From the IMG/VR virus record IMGVR_UViG_3300024187_000017, positions 1 through 34,085 of that record: a DNA stretch of 34,085 nucleotides. One strand, given 5' to 3'. The notes beneath the pieces were generated by a model, which ran no database searches, was not told the DNA's origin, and worked only from the letters and a program-made list of their open reading frames with translations. Positions within the stretch are counted from its first letter, which is position 1; every line of letters begins with the position of its first letter. The DNA comes from a virus (Duplodnaviria > Caudoviricetes). Shown piece after piece: positions 25,792-34,055 of this stretch. The translations under genes were made by a program, and so were the position numbers.

Positions 25792-26169
25792 TTATTGGGC
25801 GAACTGAACGCGAAGGACATCCGAACTCGCCGCCCGATAGTAGATTTTCGAGAGGTCGTAGAGGTTCGATCCCACCGTCAGGGGCGGATAGAAGAACCCG
25901 CCGCCGGCTGCACAAGCTGTGCCTCGCGAGGCTCCAACGTTCGAATCTCCCAGCCTCACCGCCGCGGAGTTGGTGGAAGCGCAGTCGATGATGATCCACC
26001 GGGCGGTTCCGGTTCCCAGCGCATGAGCCGACCCGTCCCCGGTAATATCGGCCAGGGTCCCCAGGGTAATAGTGGACTGGGCTTGGGAATTCGGAACATC
26101 CCGCGCCAGCCGGCCGCCCAAAGCCAGCAAGAGCGCCACGAGCAGCAGAAGTGGAGCGGATCGTTTCAC
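25792..26169 (-). CDS. Signal-peptide-bearing small beta protein (decoration-like)
   Basis: MKRSAPLLLLVALLLALG..AQS leader; N...VRLGD.NV....G...GG....DLS.IY pattern. Confidence 0.65.
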   Translation of the reverse strand: MKRSAPLLLLVALLLALGGRLARDVPNSQAQSTITLGTLADITGDGSAHALGTGTARWIIIDCASTNSAAVRLGDSNVGASRGTACAAGGGFFYPPLTVGSNLYDLSKIYYRAASSDVLRVQFAQ

Positions 26170-26393
26170 GCGCGTTTCCTCTTTCGTTTAGGAGCCGGAA
26201 GAACCGCTCGTTCTCCGAAGTCAAGAGTCGCAGTTTCAAGCTGCGCTTCGGGTTGCGCTTCGAGTGGCGGTTCCGCCGGCGAGGGTTGAGGTTTTGCGGG
26301 CCGGAGGTTCTCCAGCCCGCAATGAACGCAGATTACCGGCCGCGTGTCCCATCCGAACTCGCGGAAGCAGTAATCGCAGGCGTCGTGGGTCAA
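26166..26393 (-). CDS. Small zinc-finger protein after the capsid gene
   Basis: CDYC...CVHC; C-terminal ETA.L...E.AVL.APKRKRKR resembles post-capsid small proteins. Confidence 0.6.
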   Translation of the reverse strand: MTHDACDYCFREFGWDTRPVICVHCGLENLRPAKPQPSPAEPPLEAQPEAQLETATLDFGERAVLPAPKRKRKRA

Positions 26394-26402
26394 GCGAGAG
26401 TC

Positions 26403-27791
26403 CTAATAGACGTTCGCGCCGTAGACTACCGGGTGAGTGCCGGCATCCAGGAGATTCCCGTCGTACCTCGCGAATCCCAGGAACGCGACCTGGCCGAACT
26501 CGGCGAAGCGCTCTTCCAAACGAATCACCGACAGGCCCTTGACCCGGCGGATGACGTACTTCGGCATCTGCCCGAAGAGCACCGTCTTCTTGGTCACCGT
26601 GGGTGATGCGGCCGCGGTCTGCAACTGGTCCATGTCGTTGTTGGGCGAATACGGATACCCGTTGATGGTGTCGGGGGCGTTCTGGCCCAAGCCCGGCTGC
26701 CACAGCGGACGGCCGTACTTGTCTTTGATTTTCTTCAGCGCTGCGATGGTGGAATCGTGCATCATGTACCGCGCGCCGCGGCGGTAGACGATATCGAGAG
26801 CGTGTTCCAGGCTGGTGAGGTCGTCCGAGCCGATGGTGTTCGCTCCCGACACTCCGTCGTTGGTTCCGGCGCCCACGAAGGTTGCGCCCGCGGTGGCTGC
26901 GGTGACGATGCCCTTGAGCGTGGTGGTTCCCGCGCCGGTCGTGGCTTTGGTGTTGATGATGCGGCCCATGCGTTCCGCGAACAGGTTGGTCAGCCACGCT
27001 TCGATATCGAAGGCCGAGTCCTGTAACAGTTCGATCGAAACCTGCACCAGGCGGGTGGAGAATTTGAACGCGCCGAAGATGATATTCCCCATGTCCACCG
27101 TGCCCTGGGCAACCGTGGTCTGCTCATCCACCTGTTCTCCGACTACCGTGGTGTCGTTCGAGGTGGGGAAGGGCAGGGGCTGTCCGCTGTCCGTGGGCAT
27201 GATGGTAGGCATTCCCGGGCCGCCGTCGAGCATCGGGCCATAGTACTTCATGGCCTGGTCCACGCGGTCCACAAAACCCACTGGGACGAAGAATCCGGAG
27301 GTCGCGCCCGGGTAAGCACCACCCAAGACGCCTTCCACGATGCCGTTCCCGCCGGACACCACGCGGAGTTCCCGCTTCAGCTCTTCCTGGGTCACCGCCA
27401 CCGGCCGGGCCCGGGAGTTCAGGATCTGCCGGTCGCCCGCGCTGATTCCCCGAATTCCATATTCGGGTTTGGCGATGGGGCCGTACTTCAACCAACTGCG
27501 ATAGGCGGCGCGATAGTCTTCTTCCGCCTGTTGAGCCGATCGCGCTTCGTCGTTTCCGTCACCCGGCTGGGCGTTCGGAGGTGCACCAGTCCCGCGGGTT
27601 TCCACTTGCAGGGATTCCGCCCGCTCGTGCCGGTCGATATCCTGCTTTAGTTTTTCCGCGTCCGCCATCATCGAATCGAACTTGGCGTTCCGCTCTTCCC
27701 GGGTTCCGTCCTTGGAATCCAGGACCGCTTGCGCATCGCTGCACAACTTCGCCCGCTGCTCTCGCAGTTCACGGGCTTTCGAGAGATACAT
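26403..27791 (-). CDS. Major capsid protein, HK97 fold
   Basis: Coiled-coil delta domain; GFFVP, VSIELLQDSAFDIEAW, KIKDKYGRPLWQP, INGYPY, VLFG, QVAFLGFARYDG motifs. Confidence 0.95.
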   Translation of the reverse strand: MYLSKARELREQRAKLCSDAQAVLDSKDGTREERNAKFDSMMADAEKLKQDIDRHERAESLQVETRGTGAPPNAQPGDGNDEARSAQQAEEDYRAAYRSWLKYGPIAKPEYGIRGISAGDRQILNSRARPVAVTQEELKRELRVVSGGNGIVEGVLGGAYPGATSGFFVPVGFVDRVDQAMKYYGPMLDGGPGMPTIMPTDSGQPLPFPTSNDTTVVGEQVDEQTTVAQGTVDMGNIIFGAFKFSTRLVQVSIELLQDSAFDIEAWLTNLFAERMGRIINTKATTGAGTTTLKGIVTAATAGATFVGAGTNDGVSGANTIGSDDLTSLEHALDIVYRRGARYMMHDSTIAALKKIKDKYGRPLWQPGLGQNAPDTINGYPYSPNNDMDQLQTAAASPTVTKKTVLFGQMPKYVIRRVKGLSVIRLEERFAEFGQVAFLGFARYDGNLLDAGTHPVVYGANVY

Positions 27792-27937
27792 GCTTTGAAT
27801 TTTCCTTTCGCTTGAAAATGAACTACAGGGCCTTCGCAGCCTCGCCCGCCCGTGGCCGGCGACTTACGCTCCCACCTTCCGACTTGTCATCCAAGACAGC
27901 GGCATCCCGCGCCGGAAGATCGGCAGAAACTTGTGAT
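27792..27937 (-). promoter_or_regulatory. Structured 5' leader of the capsid gene (candidate cis-regulatory RNA)
   Basis: 10-bp stem ATCTTCCGGC/GTCGGAAGGT (G-U pairs allowed) enclosing two hairpins, plus further hairpins before the AAGGAA RBS. Confidence 0.4.
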
Positions 27938-29005
27938 TTACGACGCCAGCGCCAGGCGCACCTTTTGCCGGCGGGCCTCCGTTTCGACTTCGGGATCGGG
28001 GGAAACAGGAGAAGCGGGGGAAGGTTGGCCGATTTTCACACTACGCACCTGAACCGAAGTCGCGGTATACGCAGGGTCGGAAACTACCGAAACCCGCCTG
28101 ACCAGAATTCGGCTGAGGTTCCGGATGTTCTGTCCATCCCGCTGTTCCCAGCTTTCCCCGCCCGGGAGAACCTTGAACGCAAACGATCCCTGGTCAATGT
28201 CTCCGCGGTCGATCGAGGCCATCAGATCGCGGGCCCACTGCGCATCCGGAGGAGTGGCTTCCATCTTCACTCCGCGCTCATCGATCGATAAGGCCAGCGT
28301 CCCCACTTTCACGCGGCCGAGGATCCGCGCCGAGTCGTGATCGAAATCCGCTTTCACATCCTTGTCGAAGATGATCGCATTGGGCTGGATGTTCTCGCGG
28401 AACTTGATGCCGTCTTCCGAAAGTTGTTCCGAGAGTTCGTTGAACACGATCGGGTACCCGGTGATTTTCGAAGGCTTTCCCTCTACCGCGGCGTTGCGTA
28501 ATTCGCACTTGACCGAACGAATTTCCAGGGGCTCCTGAACGCCCCGCGGCTCCTCAGCTTCTCCGGCCGCGGCCATGCCGTCGCAGGCCTCGGCGCACTG
28601 GGTCGCAGCTTTGGAACACGCCTCCATCATCGGATCCGTCAATCCGGCACACGCTTCGACCAAAGCTCGACAGGCCGCGGCGCACAGCTCCGCGCTGGTG
28701 TCGTCCAGCTCCGATTCTCGGCACATCAGCGAAACATGGAGGTCACAGCACATCGCGCAGTCCACCAGCGCCATGTAGATCTCTTCCGTCACCACCCCCG
28801 CAACCCCCCAGGAGTAATCGAGCGCCGCCGAACAAATTGCCCGGCACACCCGGGCGAGAGTCTCGCAGGATTCCTCGGCTTGTTCGTCCTCGCCGGCCTG
28901 TCGCTTCTCGGCTTCCAGAATTCCGCGGATCTTGCTTCCCAACTGCCGCAATTCGCCCTTGCGAACCTCCGACGCCTGGTCGAGAGTGCCTGTGTTTCTT
29001 TTCAT
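27938..29005 (-). CDS. HK97-family prohead protease fused to an N-terminal Cys-rich four-helix-bundle domain
   Basis: Protease motifs ITGYPIVFN, FRE.I.P.A, DHD...ILGR, SFAF, VSVVSDPAY; 13 Cys in residues 47-141. Confidence 0.9.
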   Translation of the reverse strand: MKRNTGTLDQASEVRKGELRQLGSKIRGILEAEKRQAGEDEQAEESCETLARVCRAICSAALDYSWGVAGVVTEEIYMALVDCAMCCDLHVSLMCRESELDDTSAELCAAACRALVEACAGLTDPMMEACSKAATQCAEACDGMAAAGEAEEPRGVQEPLEIRSVKCELRNAAVEGKPSKITGYPIVFNELSEQLSEDGIKFRENIQPNAIIFDKDVKADFDHDSARILGRVKVGTLALSIDERGVKMEATPPDAQWARDLMASIDRGDIDQGSFAFKVLPGGESWEQRDGQNIRNLSRILVRRVSVVSDPAYTATSVQVRSVKIGQPSPASPVSPDPEVETEARRQKVRLALAS

Positions 29006-29016
29006 GAAAGCTCTCC

Positions 29017-30819
29017 TTACGAAATCACCACCGGCTCTTTGGCTTTTTCCGCGGCCATTTCCCGGTACACTGCAATCCGAATCGAGCGCAACGCCCGCGC
29101 CAGCTCCTGGTGGGCTACTTCCTCCGCGTTATCTGCGGTCCAACTCCCCGCCCGTTGGGTCATGGAACCCAGGTACTCTGCAACGAACCGCTCCGACTCC
29201 TGCCCGGGCTCGGCGGTCGAGCGCATTTCCCTCTGCGCCGAAGCCCCCCACATCTCCCGCGCGGCAAAGAAAATGGGCCCGAAGCACTGGGTTAAGGCCC
29301 GGGTATCGCGGGGTTCCCGGCTCAAAACCCGCTGGAAAGCATCCCGAAATGGACGGGAATAGGCTCTTGCCAAAGCCCCTTCGGCCGGATCCGCGGGAAC
29401 AACTCCATTTCCGGCTCCGTCCTGGTGGGTTGGGTCGATCGGAGTGCCCACCAACGTCATATTGACCGGCATCCAGTACTCTTCTGCCCACGGTTCATCA
29501 ATCGGAGCGAGCTTTTCAAATCCTCGGATGTCGTTGGTGTTCAGGTACGCCCATTGACGACCGGAGGCATAGAACTTCTCGCGGGTCGCGGCGTCCGGAC
29601 GCCTCATTTCCGTCAAATCGAAGTCCACGAAAAAGTTGTTCTTCGGAACCCTACCGATCCCTTTGTGCGGGAACAGCTTCCGCTTCCACTCCTGCTTGAT
29701 CTGGGTCATCCAGGGGTCGAAGCACAGATCTATAAGTTCCTGGTTTTCCTGTTCCGAGCTTCCCCGCGTTTTTGTTGAGGTGTCGCCAACCAAACGAACC
29801 GGGAGATGTAAAAGTGTGGCGATTTCCGTCCGGATGTAGGATCGGGTCTCGATCGTTTGGGCCTCCTGGGCATTGTGGGACATCGGGGTGAACTTGAAGC
29901 CCGGCGGCATCACCGCTACCCCGTGGGAGTTTTCCCCGCCTTGTGCTTCTCTCCAGGAACGCTTGGCGTTTTCCTTCTCCGGCTCTTTCATGTTCACCGG
30001 AAGTTCCAGAATCCCGCCGGGCTTGGCAAAATTCGCAAAGTATTTCGCGCCGAATTTCTCCGTCGCCAATGCCAGGCCCAGGGTCTGACGGGCCAACCAA
30101 ACCGTAGACTGCCCCAACCTTCCGTCGAGCGCCAGCCCCGGAACATGCAGCATATCTTCCAGGGGGATGAAACGTTGGGCCCGGGATTTACGGGCGTCCA
30201 CACTCGATCCGTCCTGGTCTTCCATTCCATCGGTGGTCTGGAAGCACAATCGTCCCGCGGGAATGGTCACCGGAAACGGTCTCCAGGGCGCCGGGTCCAG
30301 GGTGACGCTGGAGGTCAACCGGATGGGCCGGGTCTTCGAGGGGTTCCGCGGCCACAACCCCACTGGTAAGTTGCCGGCGTCCCGCTGAATCTCGGCATAC
30401 CCGTTTCCCCACACCAGGCAGTGGCAGAGGAACGCTTTGAGCATCGTCATCCGCGACATTTCGTCATTGGGTTCCGAGTGGATCAGATCGTAGCTGTCGT
30501 GCTCGTAAGCCACCCGATGGGCAGTTCTACCGTTGGGGGAGACCTGACGCTCGTACACATGCACCGGCAGGGAAGCGATTTTCCCTGCGATCAGATCCAC
30601 GCCCGACAGCAGGGTGATGACCTGTAACGCCGTGAGTTCCGAAACCCGAATTCCGCTGTCGGTCCTGCCGCCGTTGAAAATATCCAGCAGCCATTCCGCC
30701 GGAAACGAGAGCGGAGTCTGCGGATTCTCCAAACTGGACCGCTGCTTCTCCCGTTCTGCAGCGAGCAGTTTTCCTTCGCTCGCACAGAGGTCCGTAAAGA
30801 TTCCAGTCTGGAGTGACAT
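29017..30819 (-). CDS. Portal protein, HK97 family, with C-terminal extension
   Basis: IASLP, EPNDEMS, GNGYAEI.RD, MLHV.G...DG..G.S, FAN.AKPGGIL, NTNDIR..E.L.PI, PVNM motifs. Confidence 0.95.
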   Translation of the reverse strand: MSLQTGIFTDLCASEGKLLAAEREKQRSSLENPQTPLSFPAEWLLDIFNGGRTDSGIRVSELTALQVITLLSGVDLIAGKIASLPVHVYERQVSPNGRTAHRVAYEHDSYDLIHSEPNDEMSRMTMLKAFLCHCLVWGNGYAEIQRDAGNLPVGLWPRNPSKTRPIRLTSSVTLDPAPWRPFPVTIPAGRLCFQTTDGMEDQDGSSVDARKSRAQRFIPLEDMLHVPGLALDGRLGQSTVWLARQTLGLALATEKFGAKYFANFAKPGGILELPVNMKEPEKENAKRSWREAQGGENSHGVAVMPPGFKFTPMSHNAQEAQTIETRSYIRTEIATLLHLPVRLVGDTSTKTRGSSEQENQELIDLCFDPWMTQIKQEWKRKLFPHKGIGRVPKNNFFVDFDLTEMRRPDAATREKFYASGRQWAYLNTNDIRGFEKLAPIDEPWAEEYWMPVNMTLVGTPIDPTHQDGAGNGVVPADPAEGALARAYSRPFRDAFQRVLSREPRDTRALTQCFGPIFFAAREMWGASAQREMRSTAEPGQESERFVAEYLGSMTQRAGSWTADNAEEVAHQELARALRSIRIAVYREMAAEKAKEPVVIS

Positions 30820-30825
30820 CGGTTT

Positions 30826-31002
30826 TTAGGACGCGAAAACGGAACGCTGCACGAACGGTGTTATCTCGAAGGCGGCCCGCCGGACCAGGAGCTGCACGGC
30901 ACGCTCCCCAAATCCCAAGCGCTTCAGGAACTCCGGGTATCCCCAGCGGAGAAAGACTTCCATGTCGGTGTTCAACTGCCAGGCAAGCAGGCTCGTTTTC
31001 AT
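30826..31002 (-). CDS. Small hypothetical protein between TerL and portal (58 aa)
   Basis: TGATG coupling to the TerL stop; MKTSLLAWQLNTDMEVFLRWGYPEFLKRLGFGERAVQLLVRRAAFEITPFVQRSVFAS*. Confidence 0.55.
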   Translation of the reverse strand: MKTSLLAWQLNTDMEVFLRWGYPEFLKRLGFGERAVQLLVRRAAFEITPFVQRSVFAS

Positions 31003-32690
31003 CACCAGACCTCAATAGCCTTTGACGACAGGTCAGGCAGGTACTTAAGCGCCTGCGTCAAACCGGTGACCACCGCCTGAATTCCGTCAATCCGCTTGGA
31101 GCTTTTTAAGCGCCGCGGCTTCACCGGCATACAGTTGTCCCGGTCGTCGTACTTCAACTGAAGACACGAGGCCATCCAGTTCATCACCGGGTGATTTCCA
31201 TGCCGGATCGACCCTTCACCGTAGGATTCCAGGAGCCACTTGGTTGCAGCGCTCAGCGAAAGAATCTGCTGTCCGACCTCGGATACCGTGACCCCTTCCC
31301 GCTCCAATTCCATGGCCGCGTTGTCGAAGTGTGCCCGGTCGTAGGGAACTTCGGCCAGGTTGAAACGGGTCGCAGCCCACCGGATCTTCTCCAGAATCAG
31401 GTTCGTGTCGATCGCCCCTCCAGGGGTTCGTTCGATGAACTTCTGGTCCATCCACGCCGCGATCGGCACACGACAACTCCGCTCCAGGTCCGGAACCCGG
31501 TCGTTCGGAATCCAGAAAAATGGAAGAAGGGTCCAGAACTCACCCCCCACGAAAGGCGGGAAGATCAGCACCAGCGCCGTGAAATCGCTTCGCCATGAAG
31601 CGTCCACCCCCGCGTAACAGGTCTGCCGCTCCAGGCTCCATTCACTAATCAACCGCTCCACGTCGAACTCATCCCACTTCGCGATGTCCGGCCGGCCGCC
31701 GAAATCCTGCCACTTCTGCATGTCGATGACCGGGTCCTCAAACGCCTTCGTGGGGACGTTCAGATTAAAGCGCCAGTACTTCGATTTTTCCTGGGGGGTA
31801 GCAAGAGCGTTCTGCAGCTCTTCCACGATGGCGTCGTCCTTCAGGAATCCGCCGAGGTCTTCATGCGAGGGATTGGGGGCTACCCGCGCCGCCCGAGATT
31901 TCCAGTACTCCGGGTCGGACACCATTCGCTTGAGGTCCGGCTCCCAAATCGCAACGTACAGGGAGTCCATCCTGAGCGATCCGTCCATCACGCGTTTCGC
32001 CCGTTCGTACTCCTCCAACCACAGGGGAGATTCGTACTCCGCCCCGGCTGTCGTGATGACTATGTCCAGGGGTTCTTTCCTGGCCATCTGCCCCTTGGTC
32101 ATGGCAGTTCGGAGAGCTTCGCACTTGATGGTCTTCCACTTGTGCAGCTCATCCCGAATCGACAAGCTGGGCCCAACGCCGTCCTGCAAATCCCCATCAG
32201 CCGAGAGAACCTGGTACTTCCCGCGTAGGTCCCTACGAAGTACGTGCTTGGAACTGGGAAGCACCTTGAGCGCGCGCTTCAGATCGTCGTTGGCGTTTAC
32301 GAGCTGCTGGGCGGAATCAAACACGAGTGCGGCTTGTCCCTTCGAAGCCGCCCCGCCGTACACCAGCGGGTTGGGTTCGTCGTCGATTTCCATCAGCATG
32401 TGGTAGAGCGGAAGTCCACCCACAAGAAACGACTTGCCATTTTTCTTCGCTACCGAAATGAACGCGCGCCGGTACCGCCTGAGCCCCGTCTCCTGATTGA
32501 CGGTCCCGTAGATTTCCCGCAACACCTTTCTCTGCCATTCGAGCAACCGGTACCCCAGGGGAGGGTAGAGAACCAGTTCAAAGAACCGCTCCACCTTGCA
32601 CCCGCGACACTGCCATTTCGCGCTTGATCGAAGCTCACACCAGGTCTCGGCATTGCAGTAAGCGCACTTTTCGGGCTTGTACTCAGGCAC
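31002..32690 (-). CDS. terL: Terminase large subunit (Terminase_1 type)
   Basis: LLEWQ, Walker A AKKNGKS, Walker B IRDELH, ITTAG, GVDAS..SDFTA, RIDG motifs; GTG 32690 overlaps the upstream stop. Confidence 0.95.
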   Translation of the reverse strand: MPEYKPEKCAYCNAETWCELRSSAKWQCRGCKVERFFELVLYPPLGYRLLEWQRKVLREIYGTVNQETGLRRYRRAFISVAKKNGKSFLVGGLPLYHMLMEIDDEPNPLVYGGAASKGQAALVFDSAQQLVNANDDLKRALKVLPSSKHVLRRDLRGKYQVLSADGDLQDGVGPSLSIRDELHKWKTIKCEALRTAMTKGQMARKEPLDIVITTAGAEYESPLWLEEYERAKRVMDGSLRMDSLYVAIWEPDLKRMVSDPEYWKSRAARVAPNPSHEDLGGFLKDDAIVEELQNALATPQEKSKYWRFNLNVPTKAFEDPVIDMQKWQDFGGRPDIAKWDEFDVERLISEWSLERQTCYAGVDASWRSDFTALVLIFPPFVGGEFWTLLPFFWIPNDRVPDLERSCRVPIAAWMDQKFIERTPGGAIDTNLILEKIRWAATRFNLAEVPYDRAHFDNAAMELEREGVTVSEVGQQILSLSAATKWLLESYGEGSIRHGNHPVMNWMASCLQLKYDDRDNCMPVKPRRLKSSKRIDGIQAVVTGLTQALKYLPDLSSKAIEVW

Positions 32691-33057
32691 GTTTCCGGGC
32701 TTCGAATTCGCCCAGCTCCTGGTGAAGCTGATCGATAATCCGCTGAGCCCGGCGTCCTTCCGTGGATTTCGCGATCTCGACCAGCGCCGCGGCCTTTCGT
32801 TTCCGGCCGCCCAACGCTTTTCGAAATTCCCGGGCCCGTTTGCGAAACTGCCGGCGGATTTCCTCCAGGAGCGCGGCCTGGTCGCAGTACTGCCGACCAT
32901 CCCAGGAGACGGCTACAGAGCCGCCGGAAACAGTCTCCACCAGGCGTCTACGGGCACCGCGCAGCATCCTTCGACGGTTCAACTCCAGGCCCATTTTGCC
33001 CAGATTCAACACCTCACCGGAGAGCGGAGAGAAGCGGAAGGATTTCTGCTCGCTCAT
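32683..33057 (-). CDS. Basic helical protein, possible TerS paralog
   Basis: Coupled to TerS and TerL; YCDQAALL and STEGRRAQRII echo TerS LCEDVSEL and TPEGRRLQSTI. Confidence 0.6.
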   Translation of the reverse strand: MSEQKSFRFSPLSGEVLNLGKMGLELNRRRMLRGARRRLVETVSGGSVAVSWDGRQYCDQAALLEEIRRQFRKRAREFRKALGGRKRKAAALVEIAKSTEGRRAQRIIDQLHQELGEFEARKRA

Positions 33058-33575
33058 GCGATTTTGTTCTCCAGTCCGTCTACCGGAACCGGACCAGCGG
33101 GAATGGTAACCAGTCCCTCCAGCCGCATACTCGAAACCGGGGTCAGCCCGAACTGCAACTCCGCCCGGCCGATCCGCGCCGCGATTGCGCTGATGGTCGA
33201 TTGCAACCGCCGGCCTTCCGGGGTCTGCTCAAAATCCGTCCGCGCATCCCCGCGAAGCTGTCGGCCCTCAGCCTTCGCCTGGCGCTTCCACTGACCATAC
33301 AGCCGCTTCTTGCCTTTCTTCAGCCCCTGAAGTTCCGAAACGTCCTCACAGAGCCGCCGCAACGCAAACCCGTCAACCGGCCGCAAATACGCCATCGGAG
33401 CCAATCTCTCGGCGTAAGCATCCCACGCTTGCCGTTCTGCAGCGGATAGACCGGCAGGACGATCCGGCATCCCTGGAGCGGATTTGGGGCCAGGAACTGG
33501 TAACGGACGATGGGCGCGGCTCCCCTCCAATACGCGAAGTTCTGCGGATTTTGGGGTTGGACCACGCTGACCCAT
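33054..33575 (-). CDS. terS: Terminase small subunit, P27 family
   Basis: MG.RGP.PK..EL..LEG N-terminus; P..LS......W; D..AL..LC; FGLTP.S motifs. Confidence 0.9.
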   Translation of the reverse strand: MGQRGPTPKSAELRVLEGSRAHRPLPVPGPKSAPGMPDRPAGLSAAERQAWDAYAERLAPMAYLRPVDGFALRRLCEDVSELQGLKKGKKRLYGQWKRQAKAEGRQLRGDARTDFEQTPEGRRLQSTISAIAARIGRAELQFGLTPVSSMRLEGLVTIPAGPVPVDGLENKIA

Positions 33576-33578
33576 CTA

Positions 33579-34055
33579 TCACCGCGCCTTGCTCTTTCCG
33601 GAACCTTTGCAGGCCGGACAGGTGCGATCGGCGGCATCCGAACGGAACTCCACGAAGCCACTGCCGCCGCACGCCGAGCAGTTCAGTTGTGTCGAAGCCG
33701 CCGCGGCCTTCCGCCGGGCTTCGGCTTCCGCCAGGAACACTCCACCCCACGCAATTGCGCCGGCGTCATCGTCGCCGTCTTCCGGAATGTGGCCTCCCAG
33801 CTTCGCGATGAGTTTCAGCGCGTGCTCGACCACGTGGCCGGCGCGCTCGATCTGGTACGCCTTGTCATCCAGACCTTGACGCCAGTTGTCGCGGCCGTGC
33901 GTCTCTTCGCCGTGCTTGAACCGCGCCGCGAGCGCCCGCATTCCGAAGTACGGGAGCAAATGCATTCCAATACTTCGCGAGCTACTCGCCCCACATGCGT
34001 GGGTGATCTTGTCTTCGGCTTCTGCTGCCGGCTGTTGGGAAGTTCCGGAATTCAC
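33579..34055 (-). CDS. DUF5664-like dATP/dGTP diphosphohydrolase domain with C-terminal DnaJ-type zinc finger
   Basis: HLLPYFGMRALAARFKHGEETHGRDNWRQG fits the (D)LxP...L..LA.....G..K/Y...NW.KG pattern; AIAW..FL; CSACGGSG...CPACKGSG. Confidence 0.7.
   Translation of the reverse strand: MNSGTSQQPAAEAEDKITHACGASSSRSIGMHLLPYFGMRALAARFKHGEETHGRDNWRQGLDDKAYQIERAGHVVEHALKLIAKLGGHIPEDGDDDAGAIAWGGVFLAEAEARRKAAAASTQLNCSACGGSGFVEFRSDAADRTCPACKGSGKSKAR

Noticed and set aside
30527-31015. 162-aa ORF between terL and portal
   Set aside because: Overlaps the portal by ~290 nt; a coupled 58-aa ORF (30826-31002) fits the gap better
32691-32900. ORF-track N-terminal extension of TerL (likewise extensions at 24791, 24171, 9731, 7306, 3952, 1941, 1193, 817)
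   Set aside because: They overlap upstream genes; coupled starts or RBS-bearing downstream starts are more plausible
65-33879. Numerous plus-strand ORFs in the track
   Set aside because: All are antisense shadows of well-supported minus-strand genes in GC-rich DNA, with no recognisable motifs
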